A stretch of DNA of 64,000 nt from Vicinamibacteria bacterium (GTDB taxonomy: Bacteria > Acidobacteriota > Vicinamibacteria > Fen-336 > JAGNNV01). Below are positions 55,679 to 64,000 of the stretch, piece after piece. How positions within the stretch are numbered: the first letter of the stretch is position 1; every line of letters begins with the position of its first letter. The notes below the pieces were generated by a model, which saw only the letters and a program-made list of their open reading frames with translations, was not told the DNA's origin and made no database searches. The position numbers were made by a program, and so were the translations under genes. The DNA is taken from assembly GCA_031412915.1 (NCBI GenBank), contig JANODX010000054.1, positions 13,126 through 77,125 of the forward strand, given 5' to 3'.

Positions 55679-57397
55679 TCACCAGTCCTTTCCCTTGCGC
55701 CGCTTGGCCCGCTCGACTTCGAGTTTCTTCTTCTGCTCCATTTTTTCGTTTTGCTCGAGGGCCTTCAGAAGCTGCATGGCTCGATCCTTCGTCATCCCGG
55801 TTTCCTTCTGGAAACGTTCGGATTCGCGTTCCTTCTCGGTCTTCGGTGGATCCTTCTGTCCTTGTGCCGGAGCGGGCTGTTCTTGCTCCTGTTGCTTGTC
55901 CTTCCGGTCGTCCTTCTGGTCCTGCTTGTCTTTCTCCTGGTCCTTCTTCTGCTGCTCGAGCTGGCGCAGGGCAATCTCCAGGTTGCGACGGGCGCGCGGG
56001 TCGTCGGGCCGGAGCCTCAGGGCATCGCGATAGGAAGAAATGGCGGCGGGCAATTGCTGCGTCCCAAGGTAGGCGTTGCCGAGGTTGTAGTGGCTTTCGA
56101 AACCCAGATCGTTCTTCTCCCTCGAAAGGGCGGTGAACGTCTCAATCGCTTCCGGGATCTTCCCCGCCTTGACCTGAGCCACGGCCTCGTTGAACCTGGT
56201 TGCGGGAGAGTTCGGCCGCGCCGTGCGGGCTTTTTCAAACGCCGCCAGAGCCTGTGTCGCATCGCCGCTTTCATAGGCTTTCAGTCCTTTGTTGGTCTCG
56301 CGAGACGGACGGGCCAGGACTTCATCCTTGAGATCGGCGTGCGCCCTGGGAGCCAGAAAGAGCAGGGCCAGGAGCGCGATCCCGGCTCGCTTCAGCCGCA
56401 GGCTTTCGAGGAAGACCGGTCCAAACAGGGCCAGGACGAAGAGAACGAAGGACAGCCCAAGAGGAATCTGAAACCTCTCCTTCTTTCGGAACAGGAATTC
56501 GCTTGCCGTTTGCTTGTTCTCCATCCCCTCGATGGTGGACGCAATCAGAGAGAGAGCGGTGTCATTCGCAGAGGCCTGGACAAACCTGCCTCCCGTGGCC
56601 TGGGCCAGTCGAAGCAGGCTCTCGGCGCGCAATCGGGAGATGACCGGATCGCCGTTCTCCAGCTTGTAGCCGTCACGGTTGCCGTTCGCGTCCGTGTTCG
56701 GGACGGGGCCGCCCCGAGGGGAGCCCACGCCCACGGTGTGAATGACGACACCCGCCTTCTTCGCGGCCGCGACCGCCGCGTCCAGGCCGTCCTCCAGGTC
56801 TTCGCCATCCGACACCAGGACGATCACACGATTGACGCGACTCGGATCGACGAAAGTGGCGATGCCGGCCTCGATCCCCGCGAGGAGATTCGATCCGGGC
56901 AACGGCACGAACCCCGGTTCCAGGGTCTCCAGAAAGAGCCCGACGGCATCGGCATCGAGGGTCAGCGGCACCAGGGGATAGGCTTCGCCCTCGAAGGCCA
57001 CCAGGGAAAATCGATCTCCGGCGAGTCTCGTCATCAATGCGGAGAGAGACTGCCGAGCCAGGAAGAAGCGATTGGGCGACACATCCTCCACCGACATTGA
57101 CAGCGAGGTGTCGAGGACCATGGCCACATCGACGCCCGCTCGTTCTACTCGTTCTCTCACGATTCCCCATTGGGGTCGCGCTAGGGCGAAAACCAGGAGG
57201 GTTGCCCCCGCGATGAGGAGACCGCTTCTGAAGGTCTCGACGGGTGGCGGAAATCGCCGCCCTATCCGCTCGAACATGGAGACGGTGACGACGGTCTCCA
57301 TTCTTTGGCGGTCCGCGCGACGAACCCGGAGTGCCAACAAGGCGAGGACGGGAATCAACAGGAGGGCGAAGAGCCAAAGAGGTGAAGCGAGCGTCAT
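55679..57397 (-). CDS. VWA-domain protein with C-terminal TPR repeats and Lys/Glu/Gln-rich tail (BatB/BatC fusion-like)
   Basis: Two N-terminal TMs. VWA 'VAMVLDTSLSMSVEDV...VIVLVSDGEDL'. Another TM, then TPR ('YNLGNAYLGTQQLPAAISSYRDALRLRPDDPRARRNLEIA'). Charged tail 'QQKKDQEKDKQDQKDDRKDKQQEQEQ'. Confidence 0.7.
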   Translation of the reverse strand: MTLASPLWLFALLLIPVLALLALRVRRADRQRMETVVTVSMFERIGRRFPPPVETFRSGLLIAGATLLVFALARPQWGIVRERVERAGVDVAMVLDTSLSMSVEDVSPNRFFLARQSLSALMTRLAGDRFSLVAFEGEAYPLVPLTLDADAVGLFLETLEPGFVPLPGSNLLAGIEAGIATFVDPSRVNRVIVLVSDGEDLEDGLDAAVAAAKKAGVVIHTVGVGSPRGGPVPNTDANGNRDGYKLENGDPVISRLRAESLLRLAQATGGRFVQASANDTALSLIASTIEGMENKQTASEFLFRKKERFQIPLGLSFVLFVLALFGPVFLESLRLKRAGIALLALLFLAPRAHADLKDEVLARPSRETNKGLKAYESGDATQALAAFEKARTARPNSPATRFNEAVAQVKAGKIPEAIETFTALSREKNDLGFESHYNLGNAYLGTQQLPAAISSYRDALRLRPDDPRARRNLEIALRQLEQQKKDQEKDKQDQKDDRKDKQQEQEQPAPAQGQKDPPKTEKERESERFQKETGMTKDRAMQLLKALEQNEKMEQKKKLEVERAKRRKGKDW

Positions 57398-57405
57398 CGG
57401 GCTAC

Positions 57406-58428
57406 TCAGACCGGGAGGACGCGCAAGCCGCGCGCCCACAGGAACCCCGCCAGCATCAAAAGCAACGCGGCGGCGTTCAGGAAAGGGGGAAAGAGCTCTT
57501 GGAAACGTCGAAAGGAAACACTCTTGAGCCGGCTGGTTTCGAGCGCGTCGATACGGACAAAAATGTCTCGAAAACTCGACTCGTCCGTGGCGGAAAAGAA
57601 GGCGCCTCCGGTTCGTTCCGCGATTTGCTTCAGGAGCGCCTCGTCGATCGGAACCTCCATGTTCACGGTCCGAGAAACGATCTGACCGGTGAAGGGGTCC
57701 TGGGCTCTTACGGGGATGGGGGCGAGGCCGCCTTTCCCTACGCCAACCGTGTAGATCTTCACCTCCATCGCCTTGGCAATATCGGTTGCGGTCGAAGGAT
57801 CGATTTCACCGCTGTTGTTGGCCCCGTCCGTGACCAGAACCACCAACCTGGTCTTCGATTCAGACTTGCTCAGTCGCGACAGCGCGGTGGCCAGGCCGGA
57901 ACCAATCGCGGTGCCATCGGGTAGTCGGTCCAGGGCCACGTTCTCAAGCTGACGAAGCAAGAGGGCTTGATCCGTGGTGGCTGGAGCCTGGGTGATCGCC
58001 CGGCCGGCGAAGATGACCAGACCCACGCGGTCTCGCGTGCGCTTCTTGATGAAGTCCGCGACCACCGATTTCGCTACCGCGAGTCGGTTGTCGGGCTGAA
58101 AATCCTGAGCGGCCATGGAACCGGAGACGTCGAGGGCCACCACGATGTCGACACCTTCGGTCGTGAGTTGGTCCCGGCCCAGCCCTTTCTGGGGTCGGGC
58201 CAGAGCGATCACAATAAGGGTCAAGGCGAGCGTGACGATCCATTTCGGAAGGGATCGAAACCTGGTCCGAAGAGTAGTTGGAAGGCTGCTGGCCATGGAA
58301 GCTCGAGGAAGGCTGAGGGTGGGCTCGAAGCGCTCCAATCGTCGGGAGAAGAACGCCGCGAGAACGGGGAGAGGCAGGAGGATCAGCACCCAGGGGGCCT
58401 GAAACTGAATCGCCCCAAAGACCATCAT
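57406..58428 (-). CDS. batA: BatA-like VWA-domain membrane protein
   Basis: 'APWVLILLPLPVLAAFF' (TM). 'VDIVVALDVSGSMAAQDF' is a MIDAS DxSxS motif. 'LVVLVTDGANN'. C-terminal TM. Confidence 0.75.
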   Translation of the reverse strand: MMVFGAIQFQAPWVLILLPLPVLAAFFSRRLERFEPTLSLPRASMASSLPTTLRTRFRSLPKWIVTLALTLIVIALARPQKGLGRDQLTTEGVDIVVALDVSGSMAAQDFQPDNRLAVAKSVVADFIKKRTRDRVGLVIFAGRAITQAPATTDQALLLRQLENVALDRLPDGTAIGSGLATALSRLSKSESKTRLVVLVTDGANNSGEIDPSTATDIAKAMEVKIYTVGVGKGGLAPIPVRAQDPFTGQIVSRTVNMEVPIDEALLKQIAERTGGAFFSATDESSFRDIFVRIDALETSRLKSVSFRRFQELFPPFLNAAALLLMLAGFLWARGLRVLPV

Positions 58429-59357
58429 GCGATCTTCCTGCGGTCGGACTCGCGGGCCTGCTGCTCAAGTTCGGCCTGTCGGAGCCTGTCGATCCGAGCG
58501 AGCACATCCCGCACCAACTGAATCTGGCGGTCCGCATTGGAGGCATCCGAGGAGCCCCCGAATTTCACCCGATCGGCTGAGGTTACGAGGTCTCGGAGCG
58601 CCACCGCATGGGGCGATGTCCACCCATGGGCTTTCACGAAGGCCAGGGTCTCGGTCGATGTCATCTCCAGGACGGGTGCTTCCAGGCGTCTTTCGAGATA
58701 CTGCTTCAGGATCTGAACGAGTTGTATGTAGAACGGCTTGGGCTCGAGAGTGGCGCGGCCAGCGGCGAGCAGCTCCAGGCCGCTCAGGGCTTCTTCTTCT
58801 GGTGACACGGCGGGACAAACCCTCGGATCGACCACGCGCTTCGGGAAGCGGAGACGACGAGCGAGTCGAAGCATTCCTGCGATCAGAAGCAGGGCCAGCA
58901 AACCGTTGGCGATCCAGAAGGCTCTAGCGACCACGACGGGGACCGGAGGTGCCAAGTCGGCGGGGGCGGCGTTTTTTTCGTTCGGATCCAGGTTCGAGAT
59001 CACGTTCACTGGAAAAGCCTTGCTCTTCAAGGACCCCGCCGAGCCATCGATCAACTTGTATCTGATCTCGATCTCGGGAATTGTCCCTTCCTCCCCGATC
59101 CCAAACAGCTGGGCGTCGTAGACCGCGACGCCGACGTTGGAGGTTGAGATCTTCGGTTCGATGAGTTCCACGGAGCCCTTGCTGATTTCCTTCGGAAACT
59201 CGTACGTGGTGCCGCTTGGACCCCTGGCCTCGACCGAAACCTGGAACCGTTCGCCGATCGAGACGTTGGCCTTGCTGGGACGAACTTCGATGGTCGGGGT
59301 CAGAATTCCGGCCTGGGCAAGAACCAGGGCCAGCGATGCTCCGAGAAAGGATTTCAC
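58425..59357 (-). CDS. Membrane-anchored hypothetical protein (DUF4381-like position in Bat operon)
   Basis: Signal peptide ('KSFLGASLALVLAQAG'), beta-rich domain, a TM ('WIANGLLALLLIAGMLRLA') and a helical C-terminus. The true start is near the upstream gene's stop; the track ORF overlaps by 90 nt. Confidence 0.45.
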   Translation of the reverse strand: MKSFLGASLALVLAQAGILTPTIEVRPSKANVSIGERFQVSVEARGPSGTTYEFPKEISKGSVELIEPKISTSNVGVAVYDAQLFGIGEEGTIPEIEIRYKLIDGSAGSLKSKAFPVNVISNLDPNEKNAAPADLAPPVPVVVARAFWIANGLLALLLIAGMLRLARRLRFPKRVVDPRVCPAVSPEEEALSGLELLAAGRATLEPKPFYIQLVQILKQYLERRLEAPVLEMTSTETLAFVKAHGWTSPHAVALRDLVTSADRVKFGGSSDASNADRQIQLVRDVLARIDRLRQAELEQQARESDRRKIA

Positions 59358-60226
59358 CGGCGGCGCTCCCTTCCCTTGAAGAAGCCCTGCAGGGGGCGAT
59401 CGTAGGGCTCCGAGGTCGTGAGCGAGAGGGAGTCGATGCCGCACTGCCTCAACCCTCCGCGGGTTTCATCGATGCCCAGGGGGGCAAGGGCGGCTCGGAT
59501 TCCTGGATCGCTGGTGTCGATGACAATCGACGCGCCGGTTTCCGGATCTCTCACGCGAAGAAGCCCTACGTCGGGCATCGACGTCTCCCGCGGATCGATG
59601 AGGTGAAGGGCGAAGACGTCGTGCTTTCTCCGCAAGGCCGCCAGCGCCTTTTCGTAGCCATGGTCCTGAAAATCCGAGATCACCGCGACAATTGACCTGC
59701 GCTTCAGAATCCCCCGGGCGAAACGGACGGCCTTTTCGATGGAGGTTCCCTTCGACCGGCTCGGGTGAACCAGGGTGTCGCGCACAATCCGCAAGGCGTG
59801 CATTTCTCCGCGGGAGGGCGGAACGAACTTCTCGACCTCGTCCGAAAAAAGCACGGCGCCGACCCGGTCCTTGTTGGCTACGGCGGAGAAGGCAAGAACT
59901 CCCGAAAGCTCGGCGGCCAAATCCCGCTTCACGACGTACCTCGAGCCAAATGAGGAGGATCCGGAGATGTCGATCATCAGAAGAAGGGTGAGATCTCGTT
60001 CTTCGATGTACTTCTTGACGTGGGGGACTCCCGATCGCGCCGTCACATTCCAGTCGATGGTGCGCACGTCATCGCCCGGCTGGTATTCGCGGACCTCGGC
60101 AAACTCCATCCCCCGCCCCTTGAAGGCCGCGTGATAGCTGCCCACAATCCCGGATTCGAGGATCAAGCGCGTGTGCAGCCGGATCCGCCGGATCTTCCGC
60201 AACGTCTCTCGATCGAGGGTCGACAC
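59354..60226 (-). CDS. DUF58 domain protein (MoxR-associated)
   Basis: 'EFAEVREYQPGDDVRTIDWNVTARSGVPHVKKYIEERDLTLLLMIDISGS' is the DUF58 consensus. Confidence 0.8.
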   Translation of the reverse strand: MSTLDRETLRKIRRIRLHTRLILESGIVGSYHAAFKGRGMEFAEVREYQPGDDVRTIDWNVTARSGVPHVKKYIEERDLTLLLMIDISGSSSFGSRYVVKRDLAAELSGVLAFSAVANKDRVGAVLFSDEVEKFVPPSRGEMHALRIVRDTLVHPSRSKGTSIEKAVRFARGILKRRSIVAVISDFQDHGYEKALAALRRKHDVFALHLIDPRETSMPDVGLLRVRDPETGASIVIDTSDPGIRAALAPLGIDETRGGLRQCGIDSLSLTTSEPYDRPLQGFFKGRERRR

Positions 60227-60259
60227 GTCTTCTTCTCTTCAGCGCCGTAGCTCTGGGGA

Positions 60260-61258
60260 TCAGGGAACTTCGACGCGTTCCAGAATTCGATCGACCACGG
60301 CTTCGCTGGTCACATTCTCCGCCTCGGCCTCGTAGGTCAGCAGAATGCGATGACGAAGCACGTCGCGGGCAATCTCTTTCACGTCCTCCGGGACGACGTA
60401 CCCGCGACCGCGCAGAAACGCCACCGCGCGCGCGGCCTCGGAGAAGGCCAGGGTTCCTCGGGGCGAGGCGCCAAAGCTGATCAGAGGGGAGAGGTCACCA
60501 AGGCCCACTTCGCGAGGCTTTCGGGTGGCGGTGACGATCTCGATTATGTAGTTGCGAACGCGTTCATCGAGATGGATGTTGCGGACGAGTCTGGCCAGAG
60601 ACAGGATCGCGGCCTGATCGAGCCGCTTGGACACGCTGAGTTCGTCGGGCGAGACCAGGAGCATCCGGTCGAGAATCTGACGCTCCTCCTCCTTCTTCGG
60701 ATAGTCGATTCGGACCTTCATCAAGAACCGATCGACCTGGGCCTCGGGTAGCGGGTATGTTCCTTCTTGCTCAATCGGATTCTGGGTAGCAAAGACCAGA
60801 AACGGCTCCGGGAGGGGGTACGTCGAGTCTCCGATCGTCACCTGTCGTTCTTGCATGGCCTCGAGCAAGGCGGACTGGACTTTTGCCGGGGCCCGATTTA
60901 TCTCGTCCGCCAGCACGAGGTGGGCAAAAACCGGACCCTTCCGAACCGAGAACTCTCCGGATTTCGGCTGGAAGACCAGCGTTCCCACGAGATCGGCGGG
61001 GAGGAGGTCCGGGGTGAACTGAATTCTGGAAAAGCTGAGGTCGAGGACGCGGGAGAATGTCTTGATGGCCAGCGTCTTGGCCAACCCGGGAACCCCTTCC
61101 ACCAGGAGGTGCCCGCGGCACAGCAAGGTGATCAGCAACCGATCGACCAGGGCGGCCTGGCCCACAATCACCTTCCGGATCTCCGTGGCCGCGGTCTGCA
61201 CTCGAAGCGACTGCTCGCGCACGACGTCATTCAGTTGAGTGATATCGAGTTCTGTCAT
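60260..61258 (-). CDS. moxR: MoxR-family AAA+ ATPase
   Basis: 'GHLLVEGVPGLAKT' (Walker A), 'LVLADEINRAPAKVQSALLEAMQE' (Walker B) and 'LPEAQVDRF' (sensor). Confidence 0.9.
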   Translation of the reverse strand: MTELDITQLNDVVREQSLRVQTAATEIRKVIVGQAALVDRLLITLLCRGHLLVEGVPGLAKTLAIKTFSRVLDLSFSRIQFTPDLLPADLVGTLVFQPKSGEFSVRKGPVFAHLVLADEINRAPAKVQSALLEAMQERQVTIGDSTYPLPEPFLVFATQNPIEQEGTYPLPEAQVDRFLMKVRIDYPKKEEERQILDRMLLVSPDELSVSKRLDQAAILSLARLVRNIHLDERVRNYIIEIVTATRKPREVGLGDLSPLISFGASPRGTLAFSEAARAVAFLRGRGYVVPEDVKEIARDVLRHRILLTYEAEAENVTSEAVVDRILERVEVP

Positions 61259-61305
61259 GGGCCTTGGTCGGGATGGTTGACGGTGATTTGGGCGGGGGTC
61301 GGGAT

Positions 61306-61896
61306 CTAGAAACGGGCGGGTCGGCACGTCACCTGATAGCTCGTCCAGGGCTCGCCACTGCCGAGTACGATGTCGTATTGGTCGTTCGAATTGTTGTTGG
61401 TCTTGACCGCGACTTCATCCTTCGGGCCCCCCTGGGCAGCGCACAAACCCCGGGTTCGCAAGACGCGGGCCACTTCTTGAACGTAGGCATCTTCATTTCG
61501 GACGCGTCCGCCATCGAAAAGGTCGGGGCGCGACCTCAGAACGTCGGCTTGAGCGGCCTCCACCTGGGCCTGGAAACTCGGGGCTTCGGCCCGGCAAGGC
61601 GACCCGTCGGGCATGGGAGGGAGGGAACACGATCCGGCGGCCGGGGAGGCGCTCGCGACCGGTGACGCCGTGGGCGACGAGGAAGGGCGAGGGGTGGGAA
61701 TGGGCGTCGGGGTTGTGGGCAGACCGATGACGATGCTTCCGGTAGGCGCCGGTGAAGGGAGCGTCCCCACCGGAGGATTCGGGTTGGTGGCAGGGACGTC
61801 GACCTGGTCGAGTTTCTTGCACGCGCTCGCGGGGATGAGAAGAAGGACGCTTAGCGCCAGGGCGCGCCTGCGCACGGCGCAGCGAGATTTTTTCAT
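61306..61896 (-). CDS. Hypothetical lipoprotein with Pro/Thr/Ser-rich linker
   Basis: 'MKKSRCAVRRRALALSVLLLIPASACKK' is a lipobox. 'PTTPTPIPTPRPSSSPTASPVASASPAAG' is the linker. C-terminal ~100-aa domain with 4 Cys. No family recognised. Confidence 0.4.
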   Translation of the reverse strand: MKKSRCAVRRRALALSVLLLIPASACKKLDQVDVPATNPNPPVGTLPSPAPTGSIVIGLPTTPTPIPTPRPSSSPTASPVASASPAAGSCSLPPMPDGSPCRAEAPSFQAQVEAAQADVLRSRPDLFDGGRVRNEDAYVQEVARVLRTRGLCAAQGGPKDEVAVKTNNNSNDQYDIVLGSGEPWTSYQVTCRPARF

Positions 61897-61910
61897 AGGA
61901 CCATTGGAGT

Positions 61911-62960
61911 TTAGCCTTCGGCTGCGGCCGAGCCCTGGATGAGCATCGCGTCGCCGTAGCTGTAGAACCGGTAGCCGGCTCGGATCGCCTCGGCGTATGC
62001 GCGTAGGACGCGTTCCCGTCCGGCAAAGGCCGCAACCAGGAAGAGCAGAGAGGATTTCGGTAGATGGAAATTCGTTATCAGGACATCGATCGACCGAAAT
62101 CGGTGACCCGGACGGATGACAAGATCCGTCTCCCCGGACCCCACGGTCAGGCAATTTCCGTGAACCACGCTTTCCAGGGCGCGCACCGTGGTCGTCCCCA
62201 CCGCGATGACGCGATGGCCGCGAGCTTTGGCGGTCGCGTAGGCCTCGGCCGTCTCCTCGGGAACAAGGAATGTCTCGGGCATGACCCGATGGTTGTCAAT
62301 GTCTTCAACGTCCACGCGGGCGAACGTGCCGGGGCCCACATGAAGAATGATCTCGCGTATCAGGACGCCCTTGTCGCGAAGTCGACCCATGAGAGCCTCC
62401 GTGAAATGAAGACCGGCGGTCGGGGCGGCGACACTCCCGGCCTCCTGGGCATAGATCGTCTGGTAGCGATCCCGGTCGAGCGGTCCATCCGCCCGGTCGA
62501 TGTAGGGGGGAAGGGGCAGTCGACCCAGGGATTGCAGCAGAGCGAGGACGTCGATCGGGCCCTCGAACTTCATGGTCCGGGTCCCGCCTGGATGAACCTC
62601 CACCACGCGACAGCTCTCGGTTTCCCCGAACCGAACCACCGCACCCTTCTGTAGTCGTCGGCCAGGCCGGACGAGGGCGCGAAATTCGCCGGCGCGCGTC
62701 GGTTCTGGAAAAAGGTACAAAACCTCGGCCCGACCGCCTCCCCGCGTGAACCCCAACAGGCGGGCGGGAAGGACGCGACTCCGGTTCACGATCAGCAGGT
62801 CGCCCGCTCTTAGATGGTCGGCGAGAGACGAGAATCGGCCGTGCTGGACATGCCCGTGTTCTCGGTCGAGGATCAGGAGTCGAGAAGCGTCTCGCTCCGG
62901 CAACGGCGCCTGAGCTATGAGTTCGGGCGGCAGGGCGAAGTCGAAATCCCGCGTCTTCAG
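61911..62960 (-). CDS. queA: S-adenosylmethionine:tRNA ribosyltransferase-isomerase
   Basis: '[12 protein letters not shown]', '[16 protein letters not shown]' and 'EVLYLFP'. The conserved N-terminal '[16 protein letters not shown]' is encoded in-frame upstream of the track's TTG start (62903) with no ATG/GTG/TTG before it. A CTG at 62958-62960 would give LKTRDFDF. Confidence 0.8.
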   Translation of the reverse strand: MKTRDFDFALPPELIAQAPLPERDASRLLILDREHGHVQHGRFSSLADHLRAGDLLIVNRSRVLPARLLGFTRGGGRAEVLYLFPEPTRAGEFRALVRPGRRLQKGAVVRFGETESCRVVEVHPGGTRTMKFEGPIDVLALLQSLGRLPLPPYIDRADGPLDRDRYQTIYAQEAGSVAAPTAGLHFTEALMGRLRDKGVLIREIILHVGPGTFARVDVEDIDNHRVMPETFLVPEETAEAYATAKARGHRVIAVGTTTVRALESVVHGNCLTVGSGETDLVIRPGHRFRSIDVLITNFHLPKSSLLFLVAAFAGRERVLRAYAEAIRAGYRFYSYGDAMLIQGSAAAEG

Positions 62961-63994
62961 AAGAGTTTCTTCTGCGGTCGATCGGGCGCAGTCTGGTCAA
63001 GGCCGAAGTGCTGGTACGCGCGCAGAGTCGCCACCCGCCCTCGGGGGGTCCGGTCGATGAATCCGATCTGGAGAAGATAGGGCTCGTAGATGTCTTCGAT
63101 GGCGTCGGTCTCTTCGCCGATTGAAGCCGCGAGGGTGCCGAGGCCCACGGGACCTCCGCTGAACTTCTCGATGATCGTGAGCAGCAGCTTGCGGTCGACC
63201 TCGTCGAAGCCGAAGTCGTCTACCGCGAGGAGTTTCAGCGCGTCGTCCGCGACGGGCCCGGTGATATGGCCCTCGGCCCGAACCTGGGCGAAGTCGCGAA
63301 CGCGCCGAAGCAGTCGGTTGGCGATACGCGGCGTGCCTCGACTTCTTCGGGCGATCTGCTGGGCCCCGTCCTCATCGAGGGGCACGCCAAGAAGCCGCGC
63401 GGATCTCGTGATGATGATCTGGAGATCGTCCGCGGTGTAGAGGTCGAGACGCATCACGATGCCAAATCGGCTGCGCAGGGGCGCGGTGAGGAGGCCGGCG
63501 CGCGTGGTCGCCGAAATCAGCGTGAAAGGCTTCAGGGGCACCCGCATGGACCGAGCCCCCGGACCCGTGCCGATCATCAAATCGAGACTGAAGTCCTCGA
63601 GGGCCGGGTAGAGAATCTCCTCGACCTTGGCGTCGAGCCGGTGAATTTCGTCGATGAAGAGAATCTCACGGTCGTCGAGAGCGGTGAGGAGGGCAGCCAG
63701 ATCGCCCGCGCGCTCCACCACCGGCCCCGAGGTGGTCTTGATGGGCACGCCCAGTTCGTTGGCAATGACGTGGGCGAGAGAGGTCTTCCCAACTCCGGGG
63801 GGGCCGAAGAGGAGGATGTGGTCGAGGGCCTCTCCCCGGTTCTTCGCAGCCTCAATGGAGACGCTAAGGTTTTCGACGACGTGGCGCTGACCGATGTAGT
63901 CCACCAGGCGAAGAGGACGGAGGGAAACATCGAAGCGGACGTCATCGTCGAGGCGGGCTCGAGAGATGAGGCGAGGGTCTTCGGGGGAGGCCAT
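62957..63994 (-). CDS. ruvB: Holliday junction ATP-dependent DNA helicase
   Basis: '[19 protein letters not shown]', '[23 protein letters not shown]' (Walker A) and '[10 protein letters not shown]' (Walker B). ATG at 63992-63994. Confidence 0.9.
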   Translation of the reverse strand: MASPEDPRLISRARLDDDVRFDVSLRPLRLVDYIGQRHVVENLSVSIEAAKNRGEALDHILLFGPPGVGKTSLAHVIANELGVPIKTTSGPVVERAGDLAALLTALDDREILFIDEIHRLDAKVEEILYPALEDFSLDLMIGTGPGARSMRVPLKPFTLISATTRAGLLTAPLRSRFGIVMRLDLYTADDLQIIITRSARLLGVPLDEDGAQQIARRSRGTPRIANRLLRRVRDFAQVRAEGHITGPVADDALKLLAVDDFGFDEVDRKLLLTIIEKFSGGPVGLGTLAASIGEETDAIEDIYEPYLLQIGFIDRTPRGRVATLRAYQHFGLDQTAPDRPQKKLF

Positions 63995-64000
63995 GCCTTG

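Noticed and set aside
54364-57100. 590-aa and 659-aa plus-strand ORFs across batD and batB/C
   Set aside because: Antisense to well-supported bat genes. Gly/Arg-rich low-complexity translations.
1-64000. Searched by eye for CRISPR arrays, tRNA T-loop motifs (GGTTCGA[AG]TCC) and rRNA
   Set aside because: No regularly spaced direct repeats and no convincing tRNA-like or rRNA-like segments were seen. A dedicated scan (tRNAscan-SE, CRISPR finders, Infernal) would be needed to exclude them.

Overview
High-GC (roughly 65-70% by eye) bacterial chromosomal segment; no taxon can be assigned from sequence alone.

Positions 1-42.8 kb are one large surface-polysaccharide (EPS / O-antigen-like) biosynthesis and export locus of the Wzx/Wzy/Wza/Wzc type. 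It contains:
- a polysaccharide deacetylase;
- six SAM-dependent methyltransferases, three of them with N-terminal zinc ribbons;
- two paralogous hexapeptide-repeat acetyltransferases;
- a CDP-hexose pathway: glucose-1-P cytidylyltransferase RfbF, CDP-glucose 4,6-dehydratase RfbG, a TylC3/EvaC-type sugar C-methyltransferase, an RmlC-like 3,5-epimerase and an SDR 4-ketoreductase;
- one GT2 and five GT4 glycosyltransferases;
- a HisH/HisF/PP-loop 'N-acetyl sugar amidotransferase' module, which forms acetamidino sugars;
- AsnB;
- Wzy/ligase-like membrane proteins;
- a WecA-like initiating phosphoglycosyltransferase;
- an outer-membrane beta-barrel, Wza and a Wzc tyrosine kinase.

Three insertion sequences interrupt this locus:
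- an IS3-family element with an A8 -1 frameshift site and about 26-bp imperfect IRs;
- an ISL3-family element flanked by a perfect 8-bp T8 target duplication, which also carries an antisense 145-aa passenger ORF;
- an older two-ORF IS (Cys-rich OrfA plus a frameshifted ISKra4-like DDE transposase) into which the ISL3 element has jumped.

A frameshifted, truncated paralogue of the intact GT2 gene lies at the junction with a methyltransferase gene.

The right half (42.8-64 kb) is housekeeping: fabH, two secreted VWA proteins, moaB/mogA, an F0-only ATP synthase operon (atpZ-atpI-a-c-b) followed by an SCP2 gene, zupT, pepA, mtnA, a complete Bat/MoxR aerotolerance-type operon (moxR-DUF58-DUF4381-batA-batB/C-batD-batE), queA and ruvB.

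Many long ORFs in the six-frame track are antisense or alternate-frame artefacts typical of GC-rich DNA; these were rejected.
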